Both the position numbers and the translations under genes were made by a program. From Myxococcota bacterium (GTDB lineage Bacteria; Myxococcota_A; UBA796; UBA2385), in assembly GCA_044344255.1 (NCBI GenBank), contig JBIJDH010000001.1, forward strand, positions 192,001 to 256,000: a DNA stretch of 64,000 bases, in the 5' to 3' direction. Below the pieces are notes generated by a model that had not been told where the DNA came from, made no database searches, and saw only the letters and a program-made list of their open reading frames with translations. Of the stretch, positions 10,553 through 19,648 are shown piece after piece. Within the stretch, counting starts at the first letter, position 1, and each line of letters begins with the position of its first letter.

Positions 10553-10912
10553 GTGGTGGGCATCAAGGACCTCTTCTCTTCCTGGTCGCGGAGACCCAAC
10601 CCGGAGCCGGTGGCTCCAGCCCCCGACGCCGTAGCAGATGTTGCCGCAGGTTCCGACATCCTTGGCCTGCTCACCGAGCGCGTGGTGGTGCTCTCGGGCG
10701 GCCGCCTTCGTGCGGCAGAGCTCGATCCCCGGGCCCGCCTCCTCGACCGGGGGTGGCTGGACTCCATCACCCTGGTCCAGCTCCTTGTGTTTGTGGAAGA
10801 ACGTTGGGCGGTTCGGGTGCCGGAGGCGCGGGTGGCAGGGCGACTCGGTACGCTATCTGCCCTGGCGGAACACATCGCCTCAAACCGCCCCCAGGAGCAC
10901 CCGAATGGTTGA
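10553..10912 (+). CDS. Acyl carrier protein (DltC-like)
   Basis: LLDRGWLDSITLVQLLVFVEERW phosphopantetheine-Ser motif; start uncertain. Confidence 0.8.
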   Translation: MVGIKDLFSSWSRRPNPEPVAPAPDAVADVAAGSDILGLLTERVVVLSGGRLRAAELDPRARLLDRGWLDSITLVQLLVFVEERWAVRVPEARVAGRLGTLSALAEHIASNRPQEHPNG

Positions 10913-11969
10913 TCAACAAGGCGGTACGTTGATGGAGTGGGCGCCCCACCTGCGTCGGTTGGGGATGAGAGATCTGGCACCGGGGCGGATCTCGGAGGTG
11001 GAGCTCTGGAAGCACCTCGGAGATCGGCAGTGGCAGCGCATCGCAGACCATATCGGCCAGGACCCTGCCGAGCTCGTCTCCGAGGACGGCGAGCGCCTCT
11101 ATGCCACCTTTGCCACGGTCGAGCTGCGCTTCCCGCCTGCCTGTCCCCTCCATGCCTTTGGAGAGGGGGTGTGGATGGGCGAGCGGCACAGCGTCCGGGC
11201 GTATGCCCGCCGCTTCATCGAGGGGCTCGTGCTCATGGGCCGAGGGGCGGTCCCCGAGCTGCCAGCGGCGGGGATCACGAGCCGGGCCGACCTCGAGGCC
11301 CTGGAGCAGCCCTGGGCGGTGCTCACCAACACCTTCGTGGCCCGTCCGGGCGGGAACAGCCGCCTCGTGGTGCGGGAGCCCGTCGGAATGGAGTCCTGGA
11401 CAGGCCCGATACTCGGCGCGCTGCCGCCGGACCTCGCCCATCAGCAGCTGGTCGCCGGTGAGGGGCCGATCGAGCCCCCACCCGCCCGGGCCATCCCGCT
11501 CGGCAAGCCCTTCACCGAGCGGGCGCCAGTGGAGCCCGACACCGATTTGAACGGCGCGGGTCTGCTCTATTTTGCACGGTATATCGGTATCTTCGACCGC
11601 TCCATGCGCATCTTCCTCTCCGAGGGTCTGTCACGGCCGGTCTCGGCCAACCTCCTCGACTGCCTGCTCACCCGTCGGCGGCGGGTGTACTTCTACGCGA
11701 ACGCAGAGCCCACCGACACCCTCCGCGTGGTGGGTCGGGTCTGGCTCAGCCCCCCCTCGGCTCCCCGCCGCAGCTTCGGGCGCGAGGAGCGGTTCACCCT
11801 CCATGGCCAGCTTGACCTCTATCGCGAGGCGGATCGGGTCTGGATGGCCACCACCGTCGTGGACAAGGTGCTGGCCATCCCCGAGGCCGACCGCTCCCTC
11901 CGTTTGGAGGCCGACCGGCTCCTGAGAGAGTCCGGTGTAACGCAGGTTCCCACGGGTTTTGGCCCTTGA
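10905..11969 (+). CDS. LnmK-like bifunctional acyltransferase/decarboxylase (double hot-dog fold)
   Basis: SEVELWKHLGD.QW, GERLYATF and DLNGAGLLYFARY motifs; overlaps the ACP stop. Confidence 0.75.
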   Translation: MVDQQGGTLMEWAPHLRRLGMRDLAPGRISEVELWKHLGDRQWQRIADHIGQDPAELVSEDGERLYATFATVELRFPPACPLHAFGEGVWMGERHSVRAYARRFIEGLVLMGRGAVPELPAAGITSRADLEALEQPWAVLTNTFVARPGGNSRLVVREPVGMESWTGPILGALPPDLAHQQLVAGEGPIEPPPARAIPLGKPFTERAPVEPDTDLNGAGLLYFARYIGIFDRSMRIFLSEGLSRPVSANLLDCLLTRRRRVYFYANAEPTDTLRVVGRVWLSPPSAPRRSFGREERFTLHGQLDLYREADRVWMATTVVDKVLAIPEADRSLRLEADRLLRESGVTQVPTGFGP

Positions 11970-12967
11970 TAAACGCGGAGTCATGGCTGGCTCCCGGCCG
12001 CTCCGCCCGGGGGTCCCTCCTGCTCCTGCTGCTCGCCCTGTTGGCCGCCCTGCTGCCCCGTGTCCCCATGCGGGAGCCCTACGACCCCGTCTGGCGGGAC
12101 CGCGTCGCCGCTGCGGAGCCCGAGATCGTCATCCTCGGAAATTGCCTCGTGTCCTGGTTTGAACCCGATGTGCTGGGGCAGCGGCTCGACACCCGGGCCG
12201 CCTTTCCCCTGAGCGTGGGAGGCTCCTATGCCGATGAGTGGTATGCCCTGCTCTCTCACGCGGTGCTCCAGGGAGAGGCCCCTCCCTCTCTCGTGATCCT
12301 CCCCTTTGTGGGCGAGGAGTTCAGCGAGTCTGAGGCGGCGACCGATCTCTGGGCGCGCCGTCGGGTGGCGCGATGGATTCCCGCGGAGGCCCCGGCAGAC
12401 CCGCGGTGGGAGGCGGTGGAGGCGGGTCGGGAGGGCGCTCTGTCCCGCTGGATCGGCCAGCTCTCCCTCCTGCTCTTTCGCCCGACCCTCTGGCGAATGG
12501 AGGGCATGATGGTGCCGCGCCGCTTCGGCAGCGCGCTCGCGAGCCCCGGGACGCTGTTCTCGTCGGGACGATCGTCGGGTCCTGGTGCCGAGAGCCTCGT
12601 CGAGGAGCGTCTCGCCGCCGCGCATTTTCGGAGGGACCTGCGCCTGATGATGCCGCAGGCCGCAGACGAGGACCTCCCCGGCGCGGAGCGGGTCTCCCGT
12701 TCAGCCCTCCCCGCCCTGGCGGCGCTCGTCCACGAGCGGGGATCTCGCCTCCTCCTCATCCGGTTCCCCTCCGAGTCCGGTGATTCCCGCAACGCGGATG
12801 CTGCTTTCGCCGAGGCGGCGCTTCAATGGTCGGCGGAGCAGGGCATCTTCAGCCTGGATGCCACGGCGGACCCTGTCCTCTCCCCTCTCCTTCAATCGGA
12901 CCCCCTCTCCGGGCGTCGGGCCTTCAGCGAGCGGGTGGCAGAGCGGCTTCGGGGCCGCCCCCGATGA
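11966..12967 (+). CDS. SGNH-like/DltD-AlgJ-type periplasmic protein, degenerate
   Basis: N-terminal TM; IVILGNC where GxS would be expected; lies between ACP/LnmK and MBOAT with 4-nt overlaps. Confidence 0.5.
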   Translation: MINAESWLAPGRSARGSLLLLLLALLAALLPRVPMREPYDPVWRDRVAAAEPEIVILGNCLVSWFEPDVLGQRLDTRAAFPLSVGGSYADEWYALLSHAVLQGEAPPSLVILPFVGEEFSESEAATDLWARRRVARWIPAEAPADPRWEAVEAGREGALSRWIGQLSLLLFRPTLWRMEGMMVPRRFGSALASPGTLFSSGRSSGPGAESLVEERLAAAHFRRDLRLMMPQAADEDLPGAERVSRSALPALAALVHERGSRLLLIRFPSESGDSRNADAAFAEAALQWSAEQGIFSLDATADPVLSPLLQSDPLSGRRAFSERVAERLRGRPR

Positions 12968-14337
12968 GCGTCCAGAGCGCTGCGTTTGCCGGCGCCTTCA
13001 CCCTGCTGCTGCTGATTCACGCCAGTCTGCCCCCACGGTGGCAGCGCGGCCTCCTCCTCCTCTCGAGCCTTGGCTTTATCGCCAGCGGGGGCTGGCCGGG
13101 GCTCGTCCTTCTGCTGCTCGTCATCTTCTGCTGCTGGCTCGGCGGGCTGCTCATCGAGGCTCAGCCCCAGCGCCCAGGCCTGGTCTTTGGGCTCAGCGCC
13201 GGCCTTGTCCTGGCGCCGCTGCTGCTCGCCCGCCTGCCAGGCGCCCTCGGGGAGGTTGTGACGGCGGGCCTCCCGGCCCCCATCGGGCTCTCCTTCTTTA
13301 CGCTTCAGGCCTTCGCCTACCTGCAGGACATCCGACGGGGTGACCTCCAGGCTCGTCGGAGCCTCCTCGATGTCGCCCTGCTCATCTCCTTCTTCCCCAA
13401 GCTCGCCTCGGGACCGCTCGAGAGGCCGGCCGATCTCTTGGAGCAGCTCGACCAGCCGCGCCCCCGCCTCCCCGCCCACCTCGAAGCTGCCCTCCTGCTC
13501 CTCCTCTGGGGCTTCTTCAAGAAGCTCGTGCTGGCTGACAACCTGGCCCCCATCGCGGACAAGGTCTATGCGCTTCGTGATCCCACCTTTCCGCTGATGC
13601 TCGGGGGCTCCACCGCCTATCTATTACAGGTATATGCCGATTTTTCGGGATGGACCGACATTGCTCGTGGGCTCGCCCTCCTGCTGGGCATCCGCCTCAG
13701 CGAGAACTTCCGGGCCCCCTACCTCTCCACCTCGCTCACCGAATTCTGGCGTCGCTGGCATATGAGCTTCATGAGCTTCCTGCGCGACCGGGTCTACCTG
13801 CCCCTGGCCGGCTCCCGACCGACAGCCTCCCGCGCTGCCATCTCGCTGGTCGCGACCTTCCTGCTGAGCGGCCTCTGGCATGGGGCCTCCCTCAACTACC
13901 TACTCTGGGGGCTCTACAACGGGCTCATCGTCGCGATGGAGCGGGGGTGGTCCCGGTACCCGAAACCCGCCTGGGCGGCCGGGAAGATCTGGACCGTCGT
14001 AAGGGTGTTATGGACCTTGTTCCTCGTCGATGTCGGCTTCGTGATCTTTCGGGAGACCGGCGGCCTGCCCTGGATCGGCTGGGAGCTCAGCAGTTGGACG
14101 AAGGCGGCCCCCCCCGCCGACTGGTTGTTAGGCCGCTACCTCCTCGCCCTCTGCCTGCTCTACGGCGCCCCCCTGCTCGGCTGGGACCTCTTCCGCGCCC
14201 TCATCGAGCGGGATGGAGCCCTCCCGCCCTGGACGGGGCGATTCGTGCCGCGCCTGCTGGTAGCGGCCCTGCTCCTGGTGGCCTGTCTCACCTTCGCCGC
14301 AGATCGCCCGGCCTCTTTTGTGTATGCAACCTTTTGA
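12964..14337 (+). CDS. MBOAT family O-acyltransferase (AlgI/DltB-like)
   Basis: PIGLSFFTLQ, KKLVLADNL, YADFSG, EFWRRWHMS and SGLWHGA motifs. Confidence 0.92.
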   Translation: MSVQSAAFAGAFTLLLLIHASLPPRWQRGLLLLSSLGFIASGGWPGLVLLLLVIFCCWLGGLLIEAQPQRPGLVFGLSAGLVLAPLLLARLPGALGEVVTAGLPAPIGLSFFTLQAFAYLQDIRRGDLQARRSLLDVALLISFFPKLASGPLERPADLLEQLDQPRPRLPAHLEAALLLLLWGFFKKLVLADNLAPIADKVYALRDPTFPLMLGGSTAYLLQVYADFSGWTDIARGLALLLGIRLSENFRAPYLSTSLTEFWRRWHMSFMSFLRDRVYLPLAGSRPTASRAAISLVATFLLSGLWHGASLNYLLWGLYNGLIVAMERGWSRYPKPAWAAGKIWTVVRVLWTLFLVDVGFVIFRETGGLPWIGWELSSWTKAAPPADWLLGRYLLALCLLYGAPLLGWDLFRALIERDGALPPWTGRFVPRLLVAALLLVACLTFAADRPASFVYATF

Positions 14338-14433
14338 CCGTCCCCAGGGCGACGACGCCGGAGCACTTCGACAACCTGCCCGCCTCCCGGGGTGGGCAAG
14401 AATGCGGTAGGCTCCGCCCCCCAAGGATGCCCG

Positions 14434-15813
14434 ATGCTGCCGCTTCCCGTGCCATCTACCCTGCTCATCTTGCCCCTGCTCGCCTCGCTCCTCGCCTGCT
14501 CGGGAGGGTCCGCCCCAACTGGGTCCTCCCCGGGGTCTGGCCCCCCATCGGGAGGGCCGCCACCCGGCGCTCTACCCGGACCTCGGCCTCCGGGCGGACC
14601 GTCGGGGGCCCCTCCGCCCCCGCCGAATGGGCCTGTCGGTCAGTCGGGGGCGGCGATGCAGGACCCCTCGGGCTTCCCCGTCTTTCACGAGTGGCCCGCG
14701 CCCCAGGGACCGTCGATTGAGGCGCAGGGCGAGTGGACAGCGGCGATCAAGCTCTCGGAGACGGCGGGCGGCGGCTACCGCCCCCAGGTCGGCATCTCCG
14801 CCACCGACCTGCTGCACGCCATTTATTATGAGCGCACAAGCGAGGGCGATATCATCCGTCACCGCAGCTCAACCGATGGCCTGCGTTGGACGCCGCCCTC
14901 CCCCCTTGGACTGGACAAGGACCGCAACTGGGGCCCGGATATCGTCGTGCGCCCCGATGCCACGGTGGTGGTCGTCTTCGATCATGCGAAGCCCGACTTC
15001 TCCAGCCGCGGCTTCCTCACCCTCCTGAAAGACGGTGTATGGACCACCCCCGAGCCGCTCACCCCCGACGACGGCGGAGAGATCGGCAGCGGTCACGTCG
15101 CGAATGGGCCGGGGGAGGAGCTCGTTTATGTCTTCATCGGCAAGAAGATGAGCCCCGAGTATCACTTCGCTGCGCATTGGCGCTGGTATCGGGACGGCGC
15201 ATGGAGCGATATTCAGGACTTCTCCGATGGGAGCGCGGATGCCTGGCATACCAATGTCGAGCGCCGACCCGATGGCTCCGTGCTGGCCGGCTGGGATGTT
15301 GGGACAGGCGGAGCCGAGACCACGCTCTATGTCGCCGACGGGCGGGACGGAAAATTTGGCCCCGCCGATAACATCACCGCGACCAGCCACCCGGGCGAAC
15401 GGGTTCACTTTGCCTTCGGAAAAGACGGCGTCGACCATCTCACCTGGTTTCATAAGGAGCAGGGGAAACCCACCCATATCTACACGCGCTCCGGCCACCC
15501 CGGGGCCTGGGGAGAGACCGCCGAGCCCTCCAAGGGGTATGGGGGGTATCATTTTGACCCCGAGATCGAGGTGAACAAGGACGGCATCCTCTGCCTGGTC
15601 TGGGGATGGGACAACGGCAGCGCCGCCGAGATGGTCTATAGCCTCAACCGAGGTTCGGGCTGGGAGCCTCCGAAGCGTATCGCCAACATCGGTTGGGGCA
15701 AGCCTGGACTCGCCTCGCTGGTGGCGGACAGCCAGGGTGGCTTCCATGTGATCTGGAACCAGGGCATTCGTGGCAAGAACGATGTCTATGTCTCTTCCCT
15801 GGTGGTCCATTGA
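14434..15813 (+). CDS. Lipoprotein with Pro-rich linker and BNR/sialidase-like beta-propeller
   Basis: LLAC lipobox; Asp-box-like STDGLRW and SLNRGSGW. Confidence 0.65.
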   Translation: MLPLPVPSTLLILPLLASLLACSGGSAPTGSSPGSGPPSGGPPPGALPGPRPPGGPSGAPPPPPNGPVGQSGAAMQDPSGFPVFHEWPAPQGPSIEAQGEWTAAIKLSETAGGGYRPQVGISATDLLHAIYYERTSEGDIIRHRSSTDGLRWTPPSPLGLDKDRNWGPDIVVRPDATVVVVFDHAKPDFSSRGFLTLLKDGVWTTPEPLTPDDGGEIGSGHVANGPGEELVYVFIGKKMSPEYHFAAHWRWYRDGAWSDIQDFSDGSADAWHTNVERRPDGSVLAGWDVGTGGAETTLYVADGRDGKFGPADNITATSHPGERVHFAFGKDGVDHLTWFHKEQGKPTHIYTRSGHPGAWGETAEPSKGYGGYHFDPEIEVNKDGILCLVWGWDNGSAAEMVYSLNRGSGWEPPKRIANIGWGKPGLASLVADSQGGFHVIWNQGIRGKNDVYVSSLVVH

Positions 15814-16037
15814 CCAAGAGAGGCGGAGGTCCGAAGGCGCTGCCTGAATCCACCTTGGCCACCCGGGAATTGCAGCTCGACTCGCACGAGATCCGACCTG
15901 CGGGGTCCCACGAGCACTCGGAGCGCCCCCGCGCCCGAGCAGAAGACCCCGGTCTTCAACGCCGGTCACCCCGGCTACTCCTCCCCAGTCCGACCTCTGG
16001 CTCCAGCACCTCCTACCGCAGGTCCGGCCCCAGCCCC

Positions 16038-16484
16038 TCAGTCCACCGGGGCCCCCTTCAGCCCCAGTCGGGCGACGAGCCCCTGCACGGTGCGCCGCAG
16101 GGCCGCGCGCTCCTCCTCGCCGAGGTAGCCGAAGACCTCGGCGTCGTTACGGTCCGCCTCGGCCGCGAGCGTGGGGACGAGGCTCCGCCCAGGGTCCGTG
16201 AGAGCGACCCGCAGCGCCCGGCCATCCGAGGGGTCGCCCCGGACCGCGACGAGCCCCTTGGCCGCGAGGCGGTCGAGCAGCTTGGACACCGCCCCTCGGG
16301 TCAGCCCCAGCCGCTGCGCGAGCTGGCTGGGCATGATCCCCTCGTCCCCGTAGAGCGCCCTCAAGACGACCCACTCGGCCACGGTGACGTCGTGGGGATC
16401 GAGCCGCTCCCGAAAGGACTGCGAGACGTGGTTCGACACCAGGCGGAGCCAGTAGCCGAGGTGGTCTTCGAGCCCGCTGACCAT
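16038..16484 (-). CDS. MarR family transcriptional regulator
   Basis: HLGYWLRLVSNHVS; wHTH LTRGAVSKLLDRL; DGRA...LT..G. Confidence 0.9.
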   Translation of the reverse strand: MVSGLEDHLGYWLRLVSNHVSQSFRERLDPHDVTVAEWVVLRALYGDEGIMPSQLAQRLGLTRGAVSKLLDRLAAKGLVAVRGDPSDGRALRVALTDPGRSLVPTLAAEADRNDAEVFGYLGEEERAALRRTVQGLVARLGLKGAPVD

Positions 16485-16518
16485 CACAGGGCCAGCACTG
16501 GACGTGGAATTTGGTATA

Positions 16519-16920
16519 TCAGCTGGGAAAGTGCTCGACATGGGTCTCCGCGGTGCGGCCATAGTAAACCACGCGCCGGCCGAGGAATGACACCGTGTAG
16601 CCCGCGCACCCGGCCGCCCTCACCGAGCGGCCGAACCCGGCGTAGCTGTAGCCGGGGGCCTTGGCCTGGGCCTCGCGCACGGCCCGCTCGACCACCGGAG
16701 CCTGAAACTCGGCCGCGACCGACGCGCGCTCCTCGGGAATCGCCAGCTCGATGCTCGCGCCGCTGGGCAGGAAGTATGTGGCCCGGTTGAGCCGGTAGTC
16801 AACGGTGTAGGACTCAAACCCCGCCTCGATCAGCGCGCGGACAATCGCGGGGAAGTCCATCGTCCCCTCGTAGGCGGCGGCGAGGCAGCGTTCGGCCATC
16901 TGGGTCTGGGCGTCGGACAT
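16519..16920 (-). CDS. DUF1398 family protein
   Basis: AGCAGYTVSFLGRRVVYYGRTAETHVEHFP C-terminus; paired with MarR. Confidence 0.8.
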   Translation of the reverse strand: MSDAQTQMAERCLAAAYEGTMDFPAIVRALIEAGFESYTVDYRLNRATYFLPSGASIELAIPEERASVAAEFQAPVVERAVREAQAKAPGYSYAGFGRSVRAAGCAGYTVSFLGRRVVYYGRTAETHVEHFPS

Positions 16921-16997
16921 GGCGTTCTCGCTCCATTCGTGCGTTGGGTGGGTGGGCGGCGGGCGCCTCCCGCCCGGCCTGCACATCCTATCCGCAA

Positions 16998-17019
16998 ATA
17001 CTTTCCTAGGCAACCATAT
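16998..17019. promoter_or_regulatory. Candidate MarR operator (palindrome centred on CCTAGG)
   Basis: TTTCCTAGGCAA near-palindrome in an AT-rich patch upstream of DUF1398-marR. Confidence 0.45.
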
Positions 17020-17149
17020 GGAGGCCCACCACCGAGCGTAGAGCGCACGCGAACCGGAGCCGAGGCTCACCTGCCCGGGACCGTCGGCGCCTCGCTCCCA
17101 CGCCGCTCACCCACGGCGTGACCATCCCCCCTCAACCCGTCGCTCGGCC

Positions 17150-18067
17150 CTACCCCTCGCGGGAGAGGTCGGCTGCGGCGCTGCTCAGGAGGCCCCGGAA
17201 CCAGACGTGCTCAGGCGCCCCATCCACCCTCGGGTGCCAGACCGCCATCAGCGTGTAGGTCGGCACCGGCAACGGCGTGGGGAGGGCTCGGAGCGGCAGC
17301 CGCCCCTCCACCGCTGCGACCAGCCGCCGCGACACCGTGAGCAGCAGATCGCCGTCCCCCAGCTGCCAGAGCGCAGAAAGGAAATTCGGGACAGTGCGCA
17401 CGATCCGCCGCGCGAGGCCTCGCTCGGCGAGCACCTCGTCGATGGCGCCGACCGGCGTTCCGCGGGGCGCGACGAGCAGGTGCCCCTCCTCGAGGAACCG
17501 CTCCAGCGTGAGCTCCCTGTCCCGGAGGCGGGGGTGGTCGGGGCGGCACACCGTCACAAAGCCGTCCGAGAACAGCCTCCGGCCGCGCATCTCCGGCGGT
17601 GCCTCCGGAAATACGCCCAAGGCGACGTCTACCTCCCCGGCGCGGAGCTCCTCCATCACGGTCGGGAAGAGGGGGCGCTCGTGCAGCGCCGCGCTCGGGG
17701 CGCCCGCGCGGAGCGCCGCCGCGACCCGAGGCAGCAGGACGGTCGAGATGTGGTCGGTGCACACCACGCGGAAGGCGTGCGCACAGGTGGATGGATCGAA
17801 GCGCGCGGGGGGCTCCAAGGCCCGCCGGACGCCGTCGAGCGCCTCTCGCACCGGGACAGCGAGCGCCTCCGCGCGCGGCGTCGCGACCAGCCCGGCGCCC
17901 GCGCGCACGAGGAGCTCATCGCTGAGGAGCCCGCGCAAGCGACCGAGGGTGTGGCTCATGGCGGAGGGCGTGACACCCGCGGCCCGTGCAGCCCCTCTCA
18001 CGGAGCGGTGCTCCAGGAGCTGATCGAGGGCCACGAGGAGGTTGAGGTCGATCGCGGAGAGGTTCAC
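17150..18067 (-). CDS. LysR family transcriptional regulator
   Basis: DLNLLVAL...TPSAMSHTLGRLR HTH plus substrate-binding domain; divergent from the GFA gene. Confidence 0.93.
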   Translation of the reverse strand: MNLSAIDLNLLVALDQLLEHRSVRGAARAAGVTPSAMSHTLGRLRGLLSDELLVRAGAGLVATPRAEALAVPVREALDGVRRALEPPARFDPSTCAHAFRVVCTDHISTVLLPRVAAALRAGAPSAALHERPLFPTVMEELRAGEVDVALGVFPEAPPEMRGRRLFSDGFVTVCRPDHPRLRDRELTLERFLEEGHLLVAPRGTPVGAIDEVLAERGLARRIVRTVPNFLSALWQLGDGDLLLTVSRRLVAAVEGRLPLRALPTPLPVPTYTLMAVWHPRVDGAPEHVWFRGLLSSAAADLSREG

Positions 18068-18224
18068 GTGTGTTCGATATCGCTCATCCCGCAGCTGAGC
18101 ATGTTCAACTTTCCTCCTGTCGGTCTCGGCGCTACCTTCCTGACCTGAGAACCCCCGTTTCCTGGACCGTCACTCCCTTCATCGGCGGATTCGTCCTTAT
18201 CAACCTCTGACCCGGAGTTGTCCC

Positions 18225-18590
18225 ATGCCTTCGCTCCCCACCGGCCGATGCCACTGTGGCGCCGTCACCGTCGAGGTGCCCCCCTCCTCGTTCGGCGTCC
18301 TCGCTTGCCACTGTGACGACTGCCAGCGCCTCCACGGCAACTTCTTCGCGTTCGTCGCCGCACCCGCCGCGGATGTGGTGTGGACGGGCGAGGAGCACAT
18401 CCGGTGGTACGACAGCTCGCCTGCGGCCCGGCGGTCCTTCTGCGAGCGCTGCGGGAGCCGCCTCGCGAAGAGGCCGGTCGGCTCCGATCGCGTGCTCGTG
18501 AGCGTGGGGCTCTTCGGTCCCGACACCGGGCTCCGCATCGCGAAGGAGCTGTATGCGGACCGCAAGCCCGACTGGTACGCCCACCCCTGA
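18225..18590 (+). CDS. GFA (CENP-V) family Zn-binding protein
   Basis: GRCHCGAV, CHCDDCQR and RSFCERCGS motifs. Confidence 0.9.
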   Translation: MPSLPTGRCHCGAVTVEVPPSSFGVLACHCDDCQRLHGNFFAFVAAPAADVVWTGEEHIRWYDSSPAARRSFCERCGSRLAKRPVGSDRVLVSVGLFGPDTGLRIAKELYADRKPDWYAHP

Positions 18591-18604
18591 TCCCTGGAGC
18601 TCCC

Positions 18605-18823
18605 ATGCGCAACGTAATCCTCGGCGCCGGTCGCGTCGGCGGGACCCTTGGCCGGCGGCTCGCCGACGCCGGTCACACCGAGGTGTACGGCCTCCGACCC
18701 GGACGGGACGGTCTCCCCGTTGAGCTCCGCGGCGAGCGCGCCTGGGCCGCCGCGGAGGCGGCGCTCGCCGGTGGTGGCGACTTCGGCGGGAAGCCGCTCT
18801 TCGACACGACCAACCCCACATGA
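18605..18823 (+). pseudogene. Truncated F420-dependent NADP oxidoreductase-like remnant
   Basis: ILGAGRVGGTLG Rossmann start and GKPLFDTTNP motif, but only 72 aa. Confidence 0.65.
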
Positions 18824-19629
18824 CGACCCTCCGACTCTCCAACGGGGTTGAGATCCCCATCGTGGGGCTCGGGGTCTTCCGCGCCGGCCCCGCCGAGACC
18901 AGGGGCGCCGTACGCGCCGCGATCGAGGCCGGATATCGGCACGTCGACACGGCGCGGGTCTACGGCAACGAGGAGGCTGTGGGCGCGGCGATCCGGGAGT
19001 GCGGTGTGCCCCGTGACGCGCTCTTCGTCACGACGAAGCTCTGGAACGCCGACCAGGGAGAGGAGAAGGCGCTGGCCGCCTTCGAGGAGAGCCGTCGCCG
19101 GCTCGGGCTGGAGCAGGTCGACCTCTACCTGGTCCATTGGCCCGTGCCCGGGCTCCGCCTGGGCTCGTGGCGCGCCCTGGAGCGCCTCCTGCACGACGGC
19201 CGGGTGCGCGCCATCGGGGTGAGCAACTTCCTCTCCCCCCACCTGGACGAGCTGGAAGGGGCGGCGCAGGTGCTTCCGCACGTCGACCAGATCGAGGTCC
19301 ACCCGTTCCACCAGCAGCGGGAGACGCGCGCCTGGTGCGCCCGTCGCGGGGTGGCCGTGGAGGCGTACAGCCCGCTCACGAGAGGCGCGCGCCTGGAGCA
19401 CCCGACCCTGCGAGCGATCGCCGCACGGCTGGGCCGGACCCCTGCGCAGGTGCTCTTGCGCTGGGGCGTCGAGGCTGGGATGGTGGTGCTGCCCAAGTCT
19501 GTCCGCCCCGCGCGGATCACCGAGAACGTGGCGCTCTTCGACTTCGCCCTCGACGACGCGGCGCGCGCGGCGCTCGACGCCCTGGACGAGGGCCTGGCCA
19601 CCGGCTGGGATCCGCGTGGCCAACCCTGA
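18820..19629 (+). CDS. Aldo/keto reductase (2,5-DKG reductase-like)
   Basis: GYRHVDTARVYGNE, DLYLVHWP, IGVSNF and LPKS motifs. Confidence 0.93.
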   Translation: MTTLRLSNGVEIPIVGLGVFRAGPAETRGAVRAAIEAGYRHVDTARVYGNEEAVGAAIRECGVPRDALFVTTKLWNADQGEEKALAAFEESRRRLGLEQVDLYLVHWPVPGLRLGSWRALERLLHDGRVRAIGVSNFLSPHLDELEGAAQVLPHVDQIEVHPFHQQRETRAWCARRGVAVEAYSPLTRGARLEHPTLRAIAARLGRTPAQVLLRWGVEAGMVVLPKSVRPARITENVALFDFALDDAARAALDALDEGLATGWDPRGQP

Positions 19630-19648
19630 CCCCCTCCGAGGACCGGGC

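Noticed and set aside
17535..17543. TGGTCGGGG as a possible fourth att core
   Set aside because: Lies inside the intact LysR gene with no arm X/Y similarity; likely chance.
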